Shown: positions 52,461-64,000 of the stretch, in pieces
Numbering within the stretch: the first letter of the stretch is position 1
Layout: every line of letters starts with the position of its first letter
Assembly: GCF_963921235.1 (NCBI RefSeq)
Contig: NC_086119.1
Span: 51,584,001 to 51,648,000, forward strand
DNA length: 64,000 bases
Direction: 5' to 3'
DNA from: Mobula hypostoma
Taxonomy: Eukaryota
Program-made: the position numbers and the translations under genes
The notes under the pieces: generated by a model
Told to the model about the DNA's origin: nothing
Database searches by the model: none
What the model saw: the letters and a program-made list of their open reading frames with translations, nothing else

Positions 52461-53029
52461 TGGTAACATCAGTGTTCCGGCTGAGCTCATATCAGAAAAT
52501 GATGTTAAATCTAGATGCTTCTTGCTGTGTTTTCTTAGAAACTACACATTATTTATCTCCTTTTGATCTGCAGGTTCCATTAGTTAGACTATCTTGTGTT
52601 ACAAATGTCAAATTATTTATACAGCGGATATGTACTATTTGGCCCACATTCTCACTGTTGTATCAATAATAGAATGCCTTTTAGAGAGGCAGCTGAGAAA
52701 TGGCGCATGTTTCTTGCATATCGCTGGACTCCAATTGTTATAAAGAGATGATTGGCTACAGTTCAGAATACCAAAATGGCACTTAAAATGATCCAGTCAA
52801 TATACTAGATATATTTTTAGGAGCAATTTGTACATGGGGATTACGTACAATAAAAAACGTGTGTAGCAACATCACAGGCATGTAAACTCAGACAGCAGCA
52901 TGCAGAATATAAGTTGTAAACAAAATATACAGGCAGCGAAGAAAAACAGATTCTTGTAACTATTTATGTTCTTACTCATGGCAACTTTTTTTTTAAAAAA
53001 GTAAAATTCCCTTTCTTCTTGGATTTATG

Positions 53030-55240
53030 CCATAGTCTCCAGCTGTGCCTGCCCCTTTTTGTTGGCTATGTGGAACAGTCCATGTTTCAAACCTTCCCTG
53101 GTAATGCTCTTCAACCCTTTGCACTACGTTGACAACTGCATTGGTGCTGCTTCGTGCATTCATGCTGAGCTCATCAATTTCATCAACTTTGTCTCCAACT
53201 TCCACTCTGTCCTTCAATTCCCTTGGTCCATTTCTAGCACCTCTCTCCCCATTCTCGATCTTCCTGTTAACATCTCTGGAGACAATCTGTCCAATGATAT
53301 CTTTATAAACCGACTGACTCCCATGGCTCTCTTGACTATATCTCTTCCCATCCTGTCTCCTATAAAAATGCCATTCCCTTTTCTCAGTTCCTTTGTCTCC
53401 ACCCCAGCTGTTCTCAGGACAAGGCTGTCCTCTCCAGGACATCAGAAATGTCTTTCTTCAAAGAACAGGTTTCCCTCCCTCCACCATTGATGCTGCCCTC
53501 ATCCTTATCAGCTCCTTTCCCTGGACATATGCCCTCACCCCATCTTCCTGCAGCTTTAATCGTGATAGAGTTCCTCTTGTCCTCATCTACTACCCCATGG
53601 GCCTCTGCATCCAACACATCATTCTTCATAGCTTCTGCCATCTTGAATGGGGATCCTACCACCTCCAAATTCTGTAGGAATTACTTCCTTCATGATTCCC
53701 TTGTCCATTCTCCCACCCCACTAATCTCCCTGCTGGCACCGCTTCCCTCAATTCAGGGCCCCAAACAGCCTTTTCAGGTGAGGTAACACTTCACCTGCGA
53801 ATCCGCTAGGGTCTTCTACTGTATCTGCTGCTCTCGATTCTGCCTGCTCCACATCACTGAGGCCCAATGATACTTTGTCCAGCATGATCCACAAAAAGCA
53901 GGATTCCAGGTGGCCAACCATTTTGGTTCCAGTTCCAATCCCCATTGCAACATCAGACTATGGCCTCCTCTACTGCCATGACGAGGTCACTGTCTGGTTG
54001 GAGGAGCAACACTTCATTCCATTTGGGTGGCCTCCAACCTGATGGCATGAACATCAGTTTCTCCAATTTACAGTACTGTAATTTCTCCCTTTCCCCCTTC
54101 CCTCTTCAGTTCCCTACTCTGGCCCCACCCCCCAGGCAAATCACCTCTTAATGGGAACAAGACAAAGGAGATGGTTATCAGCTTCAGAAGAACTCCTACC
54201 ACTCACGCTCCTCTTTATATCAGTGGCTCAGCAGTGGAAACTACACGCATTTTTAAGCTGCTGGGAGTGCACATCACACACAACCTCTCATGGTCCCAAA
54301 ACATATCCTACACAGTCAGAAAAGATCACCAATGCCTCTACTTTCCGTGGAGGGTGAAGAGAGCCGGACTTTGCACATCCACAGATACGTCATTCTACAG
54401 ATGCACGGTAGAGAGCATCCTGACAAGCTGCAACACTGCTTGGTACAGAAACTGCACCGCAGTGGACAGGAAGGCTCGACAACGGTTAGTCAAAATGGCT
54501 CAACACATCATCAGCACCAGCCTACTCGCCATTAGGGAAAGGAGTGGGAAAAGGGCCAGTAGCAACATGAAGGATCACACCCACTTCCATCAGGAGAGCA
54601 CCAACGGCAGGCCCACCAGACTCAGAAACAGTTACTTTCTTCAAGCAGTAAGGCTGATCAACATCTCCACCCACTAATTTATTATTCCCGTCAGTCATCT
54701 TATGGACAGCTTAGAGTCATTTATGGATATACAATCAATCTACATATATAAGCTACCTTATGCGTATCAGCTATCTTGTGTATTTATTGTGTGTTCTTTT
54801 ATTATTATTATTATTATTATTTTCTTTATCCTATGTGATTTTTTTTGTACTTCATTGGATCTGGAGTTAACAATTATTTTGTTCTCCTTACACTTGTCTT
54901 CAGGAAATGACATTAAACTACCTTGAATTTTGATTTTTTTTTTAACCCCTTCTCTTCTCCTCACCTCCCCCTGGTGCCCACCCTTCCTTTCTCCCATGGT
55001 CCAGTTTCCTCTCCTACTCAAGTTCCTTCTCCAGCTCTTTGCTTTTTCCATTAATCACCTTCCAGCTTGTACTCTTGCCCCTCCCTCCACCTTCTTAGTC
55101 TGGCTTCTCCCCCTTCCTTTCCAGTCCTAATGAAGGGTCTCGGTGTGAAATGTTGAGTTGTAGATGCTGCCTGACCTGCTGAGTTCCTCCAGCATTTTGT
55201 GTGTGTTGCCCTGGACTTCCAGCATCTGTAGAATCTCTTG
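53030..55240 (+). mobile_element. Penelope-like retroelement interrupted by a Rex1-like LINE fragment (~54140-54925)
   Basis: HYVDNC (degenerate RT YxDD), RVPLVLIYYP and LGGLQPDGMNI; the insert has FKLLGVHIT..LSWS and ESILT..AWY. Confidence 0.82.
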
Positions 55241-55373
55241 TGTTTTTTTAGGGCCATCTCTTTTCATGAAACAGTGTCTCTAAATGTATTTTCAAATTCT
55301 TGTGTACATTTCATTGATTTAGAAGTTGTTTGCTCGTTATTTGCATGTATTTATTTCTTCCCTTTCCTCCTAG

Positions 55374-55568
55374 GATTTGTTGACATCTTTTCAAAAAATA
55401 AGGAGCGCATGGGTGTTCACGCTGCAAAAATCTTGCGTTTCCTCCACAGGAACAGAATCCCAAGTAATGCTATCCCATTTCCCTTGATGGACAGTTATAA
55501 CAACATTTGTGCCATGCGTTCCTCCGTTTTGAAGGATTGCCTAAAGCAGTTGTTAGAGAAAAAGAATG
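55374..55568 (+). CDS. ZZEF1: ZZEF1 coding exon 3
   Basis: GFVDIFSKNKERMGVHAAKILRFLHRNRIP...MRSSVLKDCLKQLLEKKN; TAG acceptor, GTAAGT donor; 195 nt, phase 1/1. Confidence 0.96.
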
Positions 55569-57056
55569 GTAAGTTGTTAGATCTTCAAGTGGAATTTTAT
55601 CATGTGAAAACAGCACGAATGAATCTTAATGTCGTTGGATTCAATTATCTTTTGAAAGAATAAGCAATTGGAATTTTAAAACGGTTTTAATAATGAAGAT
55701 GCTTATTTGGACTAAATATCTTTTAAGTATTTCAATGCGTTAGTGTTCTTTTGAGAATACCAGATTTCTGGCTCTATGGTTATTGGAATCCACTATACAT
55801 TTGCCCGAGTAAACATTAACTCAATTGCCTCACATGTTGAGTGCTGATCATGTTTACAGTGTCATAAAAAGAACTCAATTTCCTAAAAAGTAGAAATCCT
55901 TTAAAATCAATTTTTCCATGCAGTAAAGTCCAGTTTATAGAGTAAATACGTCAAATTCTGAACCTGTCCATTTTCTCTTGGAGACAGATTGAATGTGCAT
56001 CATGAGTTAGCAGTACTTTTAAACTTTTTATTGGATCAATTTTATAATGAAAGCTATTAATGACTTGTTGAATTTGCATTTTGTGAAAATTGTTGTGGTA
56101 TTGAATTAAAGTGAAAATGTAGTTGTGATACTTCCATGCTAAAGAATAATCTTAGATGTTGACATACAAGAACCTTTCAGCAGAAGTTCTTGCTAGTGGG
56201 ATAAAGGTCTTACAGTTTTTATATTGGGGAAAACCTGTGTTTCTGGACCCGAGATATTAAGCTGCTTTGTGTCCAGTAAGTGAAGTAGAGGATCTTTTCC
56301 TGACAAGCGTTGTCTAATCCATACCTTGCCATATTCACTCTTAATTGGACAATGGGTGTCACATTTGCTTATGTTGACCATCACACTAGAATAACATGAG
56401 AAATAGCATTATGTCTGGTCAATGAGGTGCTTTCTGTCTACCTACTTAAATATCAAACATCTTTGTAATGCAGTTGAGAAGAATTTGTATGATGATGAGA
56501 CAATCTTCCTCTTTGTTTTATATCTTTGCATGGATTTAAAAAAAACAATCCAGTTTTGTCATCCTGTAGTTTCTCTTCCTTTCAACATGAGCTATCTGCA
56601 ATGAATCTTTATTTTGTGGTTTGTTGTTAGTATTCATCTGATTTATTTTTAAAATGGAGCACATTCTGTAAGATTTGTTTGTGTGTAAATGGTGGTGAGA
56701 AGCCAAACAAAGTGTGAAAGGAGACAGGTACTTAACCGAGGTAACATGAGTGCATGTGCGAAGTGACAGACTGCGAGTGGAGGAGTGAAAGGGAACGAAT
56801 CAAATTTCAGGCCAGAAAGTGAAATGAATCTTTGGCTGTCAGTTTACGCCTTGGGGTCTGAAAGGAACTAAGAGTGGGGAATACCTTTAGGATAAGTTCA
56901 TTATTTTAGATGAAAATGCTATGTTCATGGGAATTGTTAATCAGGTAGGTTAGGATGGTACAGTGACACTGTGGGTTTTGCAGAGATCTTATAGCTCCAG
57001 TGTTTCAGATTCTTATAAAGAAAAAGATTTATAAAGATAATTATTCTTGTTTAGAG

Positions 57057-57121
57057 CAACGGAGGTCCACCAACCCCTCAATGATAGGGGTCCAAGGCAT
57101 AAAAAAGGTTGGAAACCCCTG
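57057..57121. mobile_element. hAT MITE, same family, one end damaged
   Basis: Perfect TSD GTTTAGAG; right end GGTTGGAAACCCCTG. Confidence 0.8.
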
Positions 57122-57974
57122 GTTTAGAGGGAGATGCGCCAAAAACTAGCTAGCTGTTGGGCACCGTGGATGAGTTGAGTCAGAGGGCCTGGTTCAATCA
57201 TTCTATGGGTCTGTTAATAGAGTTTCAAAGACCAAGTTTAGGAGATCTTTGTTTTGCAAAGGTGTCAAGGGAAGCAGGTGAATTTAAGTTTGGTTGTAGG
57301 CTAGTTACAATCTAATGGAATAGCAAAGCACATACAAGTTGAATGCCCACTCATTTTACAGTGATAATTCATCATGTCATTAGTAATAGCAACACATCTG
57401 GCTGCTCAGTTTTGTAGACTCTTTTCTTGTAGGATTCACTTAATGTTGTGATCACTGATGGGGTAATTTTAAACTTTTCTCACTTGGTGAAAGAAGTGTA
57501 TTGTTTTGAAGACTATTGACAGACGTGCATGAAGAAGGAAGGTTGGTCTATGTTTCCCAACATAACCAGCAGAATTAGGCAAACATTTCATTTCCAGACA
57601 TGAAGTCTAAATCATGTTCGTGTTTGAAATGAAGAGCTTGGCTATGTTGGGAGCCATTTAGCAGCCTCCATTTTTCATACAAGACATAACCTTCAGCAAC
57701 TCTATTTTTAAATTTTGATTTACTTCAGTTGATGACTTGGCCGTCTGCTCTGGACATCAGGGCTCATAAAAGAGAAACAGTTGATAGTTACATTTGAGGT
57801 CAATCCAACTACATTGGATTTTCAGTCACTTTTTCCAAACTCCATGCGTGTTGTGTTGGAACTCAAGCCAAAACTATGCTGAGTCTCAAATGAAGATATC
57901 ACTAGTAGTTCCTAATTTGGCAGTCTCTTAATTTGTATAGTATTATAAGTAATGTATTTCCTTATTTCTCACAG

Positions 57975-58158
57975 AACAAACAGTTCAATGTTCAACAGAT
58001 ATGAATGGTAAAAGAGAGTTGGATAAGTTGAAGATAGTGACCAAGTGCTACACCACCTTGGAAGCTTCCTCAAATTCAACTGATGTTGACAAGATGACCA
58101 ATGGAGAAACAACCTCCTATTGGCAGTCAGATGGGAGTTCGTGTTCACACTGGATCAG
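57975..58158 (+). CDS. ZZEF1: ZZEF1 coding exon 4 (start of DOC/APC10 domain)
   Basis: ...LDKLKIVTKCYTTLEASSNSTDVDKMTNGETTSYWQSDGSSCSHWI; CAG acceptor, GTGAGC donor; 184 nt, phase 1/2. Not in the supplied ORF track. Confidence 0.93.
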
Positions 58159-58854
58159 GTGAGCAGACTAATGCTGACAAAGAAAAGAAATTAAATTCTG
58201 AAGTGTAGTTCGAACTACTAATCGTTTGATTGTCTACCTAATCCTTTTAGGCTATTTTGGTGAAAATGTGAAAAGGGCATTATATATTGTGTAAATATTT
58301 ATAAGAGGCTAACTTAAACTAAAATCTCTAGGCTAAATGAAAATAGAAAGGGCTGGAAACACTCAGCAGGCCAGGTGCTATCTATGCATGAGTAACATTT
58401 CAGATTGAAGACTCATTGTTAGGACACTGATTATATACCTCTGTCTTTACTGCATCATTTTTCAAAGGTTTGTTTTATCTATTTTGAATTTTGAAGAAGT
58501 GTTGAGTTCAGAGGTTTTGATTTCTTCATAGAAACTGAGTTGAATGTTTCTAACAATCTCTATTTTAATTTTCTATGTATCATTTAATTTCTGTTCGTGA
58601 GTTGGTAAATGGTGTGTCATGGTGCTGTATGTTGGTTCTCCTTCCTGCTCAGAGTGAAAAACTTTGAGTTCAGAAATCTCTGAGGAATTAAAGTTGGTGT
58701 GGAGAAGACGTGGAGTAAGAACAAAACTGAAACTCTGCCCTTAGGGGTGAACAGACTTTGTTCATCATTGTGCCCTGTGATAAATATCTCTTTGTGCCTT
58801 GCTTTTTAAAGAAGAAATGGACGTGGAAGAGTGAATTTTAATTTTCTCTTGCAG

Positions 58855-59054
58855 GTTGCGCATAAAACCCAATGTTGTGCTGAAGCAGTTGTCAATAGCA
58901 GTGTCGGCTAGTGATCAAAGTTACATGCCCCAGCAGGTGACTGTGTCCTTGGGCAGGAATCCCAGCAACATGCAGGAAATCCGTGATGTCCGTATTCCCA
59001 GTAATATGACTGGATACATTACATTGCTGGAAAATGCAAGCATCAATCACCCAT
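58855..59054 (+). CDS. ZZEF1: ZZEF1 coding exon 5 (DOC/APC10 domain)
   Basis: LRIKPNVVLKQLSIAVSASDQSYMPQQVTV...IPSNMTGYITLLENA; CAG acceptor, GTAATT donor; 200 nt, phase 2/1. Confidence 0.96.
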
Positions 59055-60249
59055 GTAATTGTAGTTTTCTTTGTTACATAACAATAAGTCTTGTTAATAT
59101 TGTCTTCCATTAAGCAAGTAGTTCACACTTGATCTGAGGTTGTTCCAGGTCATATTTGTCATATTGATGTGAAACCTGAAAATTGATTTTCACCAAAGAT
59201 GGAAACTGCATTAAGTTTGATATCACCATGTTTAACTAACTTGAGAATATAGGAAATATTTTTAACTGTGGAAATACTTGTTTAGTTCCTTTAGTTTGAC
59301 AGTAATTTCAAACATAATCTTAATGAAAAAAGAAACATTTTGCAATCGGTTATTATGGCTGGTAGTGACAAGTGAAAACATCATTTCTCATATTAATTTT
59401 TCTATTTTCTTAGCGTATGAGGACAACCAGTCATTTGTAGTTCTCACTCTCCCTTGCTCATGCTAATTATCAGCCCTTAATGTTTGTGCTAGCCACCTAC
59501 TGTACTCTAGGGGTAATTTACAGTAGACCTATAACCTAACAAGCACCAAATCTAAGGGATGCGGGAAGAAGCAGGACGACCCAGGGAGAATCCACATGGA
59601 CATAGAACAGACAAACTCCAGAAAGACTACCCCAGGGGTCAGAATCGTGCCTGGATGAGATAGCTGCATCTCCTGCAGTGCCACAGTTTAGTAGCTGTCT
59701 ATCCATCTTTTTTGGTCTGTTAATATACACAAGCATAAAATGAATGTGGAACTGTAGTAAGCTTTGTATTATAACAGAAGTATCTATTATGTTGTCTTCT
59801 AAAAGAGGAAACTTTTCAAGACCTTGGGGAAAGGCAAGGGTAGTTTCAGGTATGGGTATGATGGCTAAATAGCTTTGTTTTGCTTTTCTGTTTTTATTAG
59901 TTAATTTATTCATATTCTACTCTAGAAATTTTTGGAGAATTATGCCCATCATTAAGAGTGTTGCATATGGCACATTATAATCTTTTGCGTTATTTTCTAA
60001 GGAAAGCCTGCATTGTGCTAAATCATAGATAAAATCCAAATATTATTTATTCGACATGATTGTTTTTGATGAACCAAAAATGCATTTTGTAAAACATTTT
60101 GGCTGCCTTTTTTTTGTAGTAACTTAGTTGTCCTGGGCTTTGGAATATCCCAACAACTCAAAAGTTGAAGGAACATTTTGACTACGTTTTTAAATTTTGA
60201 AGTTACATATTTACAGTTTCATAGCATACTATATATCAAACAGTTGATA

Positions 60250-61854
60250 CAGTGACATGCAAAAGTTTGGGCACCCCCGGTCAAAATTTCTGTTACTGTG
60301 AATAGCTAAGCAAGTAAAAGGTGACCTGATTTCCAAAAGGCATAAAGTTAAAAATGACACATTTCTTTAATATTTTAAGCAAGATTACTTTTTTATTTCC
60401 ATCCTTTGCAGTTTCAAAATAACAAAAAAGGAAAAGGGCCCGAAGTAAAAGTCTGGGCACCCTGCATGGTCAGTACTTAGTAACACCCCCTTTGGCAAGT
60501 ATCACAGCTTGTAAGCACTTTCTGTAGCCAGCTAAGAGTCTTTCAATTCTTGTTTGGGGGATTTTTGCCCATTCTTCCTTGCAAAAGGCTTCTAGTTCCG
60601 TGAGATTTTTGAGCCGTCTTGCATGCACTGCTCTCTTGAGGTCTATCCACAGATTCTCAATGATGTTTAGGTCGGGGGACTGTGAGGGCCATGGCAAAAC
60701 CTTCAGCTTGTGCCTCTTGAGGTAGTCCATTGTGGATTTTGAGGTGTGTTTAGGATCATTATCCTGTTGTAAAAGCCATCCTCTTTTCATCTTCAGCTTT
60801 TTTACAGACGGTGTGATGTTTGCTTCCAGAATTTGCTGGTATTTAATTGAATTCATTCTTCCCTCTACCAGTGAAATGTTCCCTGTGTCACTGGCTGCAA
60901 CACAAGCCCAAAGCATGATCGATCCACCCCCGTGCTTAACAGCTGGAGAGGTGTTCTTTTCATGAAATTCTGCACCCTTTTTTCTCCAAACATACCTTTG
61001 CTCATTGCGGCCAAAAAGTTCTATTTTAACTTCATCAGTCCACAGAACTTGTTTCCAAAATGCATCAGGCTTGTTTAGATGTCCCTTTGCAAACTTCTGA
61101 CGCTGAATTTTGTGGTGAGGATGCAGGAAAGGTTTTCTTCTGATGACTCTTCCATGAAGGTCATATCTGTGCAGGTGTCGCTGCACAGTAGAACAGTGCA
61201 CCACCACTCCAGAGTCTGCTAAATCTTCCTGAAGGTCTTTTGCAGTCAAACGGGAGTTTTGATTTGCCTTTCTCACAATCCTACGAGCAGTTCTCTCAGA
61301 AAGTTTGCTTGGTCTTCCAGACCTCAACTTCACCTCCACTGTTCCTGTTAACTGCCATTTCGTAATTACATTACGATCTGAGGAAACAGCTACCTGAAAA
61401 TGCTTTGCTATCTATCTTCTTATAGCCTTCTCCTGCTTTATGGGCATCATTTGTTTTAATTTTCAGAGAGCTAGGCAGCTGCTTAGAGGAACCCATGGCT
61501 GCTGATTGTTGGGACAAGGTTTGAGGAGTCAGGGTATTTATAAAGCTTTGAAATTTTCATCACCTGGCCTTTCCTATTGAAGATTGTGAACAAGCCATGG
61601 CCCTAACAAGCCAAATAAGGTCTGAGACCTTGGTAAAAGTTATCTGAGAGCTCAAATCTCTTGGGGTGCCCAAACCTTTGCATGGTGCTCCTTTCCTTTT
61701 TTTCACTCTAAATTTGTACAAAACAAAAATAATACACTAATAATGTTTCATCTTTAACTTCATGACTTTTGGAGATCAGTTCATCTTCTGCTCTCTTAAC
61801 TATTCACAGTAACAGAAATTTTGACCGGGGCGCCCAAACCTTTGCATACCACTG
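60250..61854 (-). mobile_element. Full-length Tc1-family DNA transposon (IR/DR type, DD34E)
   Basis: TA duplications at 60248-49 and 61855-56. Terminal inverted repeats (TIRs) CAGTGACATGCAAAAGTTTGGGCACCCC...; inner DR copies at ~60447 and ~61663. Length 1605 bp. Confidence 0.97.
60470..61496 (-). pseudogene. Tc1 transposase with a single 4-bp frameshift
   Basis: ATG at 61496; GRP, WTDE, QQDNDPKH and SPDLNIIE motifs (34 residues between the second D and E). Removing the duplicated 4-mer at 61409-61416 gives a continuous 340-aa ORF. Confidence 0.92.
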
Positions 61855-63077
61855 TATATCTTTTGAAGATGTAAGAGATTGTTATGAATTAGTGAACTAC
61901 CAACTGAGTTGCTAACTGATGGTTTCTCATGAACAGTTCAGACAGAACACAGCACAAATGTGCAGTTTTTTTTAAAGAGTCAGAAAACCAATTGTTTTGG
62001 CTTTAACAACTTGCATTAAAAATCTTTCATTTGCTGTAGCTGAAGCTTGAAAGATATTTTTGTAAAATCTAGGACAAGCTTATCAGAAAACATTTTAAAG
62101 CAATTTTTATTTAGAGAAATGTGATTATTGATACTGCATTGGTCTGGTGTATATACATTGTTCTAATCAAATGATATTGAATGTCAGGTCATAGTTTTAT
62201 TAAGCCCTAAAACAACTGAATATTTGGCAATAAATATGGCTAAATATTGTGACTTTCCAACTTGTTTCAGTTCTTTGCTCAAAGTGCAGTTTCTTTTTGT
62301 TATATACACTCTATCCTTGACCCTCCTGTTCCAGTTTGAGTATTTTGTAACTCTACTCTTTGGTCACCACTGACTCAAGTAGATACTGTCCTTTGCATTT
62401 TTTGATCCAAAATTATCCAACCACCTTTCCTTAACCACTACTTCAAAGAATTAGTCTTAGATTTGATTTTACCTGCTCAATCAATAAAGGTACACAGCTA
62501 ACATCAGAATATAAAGAGCACTGTTAAGCAATGCATTGCATAATACACACATTAGCATTTACTGATAGTATAAATTAACAATCTGAGCACTGAAGATACC
62601 ATCGGATTTAATAAGCACTGATACATTATGAAACACACATCTTGAGCTCATGCGTTTCTGCCCATGGAATTTAAAAAGCAAAGTACTTGTGGAGCAGCAT
62701 GCAGATAGTGACAGTGTAGAAAGTAGTGTGTATTGTATCAGTGCAGAACTGGCTGTAGAAATCAGGTGCAAGCTGATGGGCATGAAAATACAGGGTGAAT
62801 GGAACTGAAAGACCACATCTGCAAATTCATGTCAAATGTTTATTCACTCTGAACAATACACAGGACGTATGACATGAAATGATTTCCTAACTGTCACTGT
62901 GCCTTTCAAAGATTGCCTGATTGTGGGTGAGTGATATTTTAAGTTAGATTTCTTATTCGCTCTTAGATTTTCATAGCTAAGCATTAGATTCAGTATTATT
63001 TTCAAGTTATCGATGTATAATCAGAGGAAGAGGGCAGAATGCAGTGAAATTAATTATTTTAATTTTTTTTTGATAAG

Positions 63078-63288
63078 TTGTACAGATAAATATTAAGCGC
63101 TGTCATGGTGATGGCTGTGACACAAGGATTCATGGGCTCAAGACTATGGGATATCAGGTTATGAAGAAACCTGGAGTGTCTGTATCTGATGCATCTGCAA
63201 TTTGGTATTTGAGCTTATTAACAACGCTGGTGACGGCTTCTGTAGAAACTAATCCAGACCTGGCACAAAGTATCCTACAAATTACGCA
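63078..63288 (+). CDS. ZZEF1: ZZEF1 coding exon 6
   Basis: FVQINIKRCHGDGCDTRIHGLKTMGYQ...VSVSDASAIWYLSLLTTLVTASVETNP; AAG acceptor after a T-run, GTAAGT donor; 211 nt, phase 1/2. Confidence 0.94.
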
Positions 63289-63441
63289 GTAAGTAGTTTA
63301 GAATTTTATAATTGCACAGATGATCTCAATTTACATGCTTCATGTACTAATGCTGATTATAATTTTGCCTGGAGTGATTAACTTGTGAAACTGTGATTAC
63401 TGGTTTAGAATTAATAACCAGCATCTCTTCCGTTTGTTCAG

Positions 63442-63558
63442 AAAAGCACTGCAACACATGCCACCCCTTTCACTCACAGCTGGGTCCACGGTCATGCCCA
63501 GCTTCATGTCGACAAATGTCCTGGAGAAAGTCGACAGTTTTCTCATCAAGATTGCTGG
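63442..63558 (+). CDS. ZZEF1: ZZEF1 coding exon 7 (gene continues beyond the window)
   Basis: KALQHMPPLSLTAGSTVMPSFMSTNVLEKVDSFLIKIA; CAG acceptor, GTAAGT donor; 117 nt, phase 2/2. Confidence 0.95.
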
Positions 63559-63618
63559 GTAAGTGCTGTTTAGGTAGTCTGGAACTGGCTTGTGGAATTG
63601 GAGTGAAGAATACCATGA

Positions 63619-63835
63619 GCAGTATGGTAGTGTAGTGGTCAGTGTAACACTATCACAATGCAAGTGACCCGGCTTCAATTCCACCGCTGTCTGTACGTTC
63701 TCCCTGTGTCCCTGTGGGTTTCCTTGCACATTCCAAAGACGTGAGGGTTAGTGGATTAATTTGTCGGGTGAGTAATTGTGTGGTGGGGGCTGGTTGGACC
63801 GGAAGTGCCTGTTATCGTGCTGAATCTCTAAACTA
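63619..63835 (+). mobile_element. V-SINE/HE1-like tRNA SINE (related copies at ~1945-2250 plus and ~59480-59690 minus)
   Basis: TAGTGTAGTGG A box, B-box-like CTTCAATTCC, and V-domain-like GTTCTCCCTGTG..GGGTTTCC..CCAAAGAC. Confidence 0.7.
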
Positions 63836-64000
63836 AGTTAAAACGCATTAAGGTAATGCAAAAGACATCCGTCAGGAGGGTTGGGATTGAATGCCTGAAA
63901 GCAGTTATCAACTATAATCACGGTATGGCAATTTTAAGTGCCGAATTTAAGAGGCTTATACTCCAGAAAAATTGATTGGTGGTTGTCATTAGGTAAACTA

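Overview
Vertebrate genomic DNA, not prokaryotic. The repeat content (HE1/V-SINE-like SINEs, CR1, Penelope) suggests a cartilaginous fish, probably a ray; this is an inference. Two protein-coding genes lie head to head. CYB5D2 (neuferricin) is complete on the minus strand: 4 coding exons, 7635->1347, about 276 aa. ZZEF1 has its first 7 coding exons on the plus strand, 18675->63558, and continues past the window. All inferred junctions are GT-AG and phase-compatible. The ~11 kb between the start codons and the 27-kb first ZZEF1 intron are mostly transposon-derived. They hold CR1 (a near-full-length copy lies in intron 2), Rex1/Babar-like, L1/Tx1-like and RNase H-bearing LINE fragments, Penelope-like elements, a truncated SCAN-type Gypsy element, a solo LTR, hAT elements, SINEs and three minisatellites. 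A near-intact Tc1 element lies in intron 5. Most notable: (i) minimal hammerhead-ribozyme motifs at the ends of Penelope-like elements, some inside short fold-back units with target-site duplications (TSDs); (ii) a 17-copy, 40-bp CpG/ETS-motif repeat just upstream of the ZZEF1 start; (iii) a Tc1 transposase whose frame is broken by one 4-bp duplication; (iv) multi-layer nested insertions. Family names come from motif recognition, not database searches, and many repeat boundaries are approximate.
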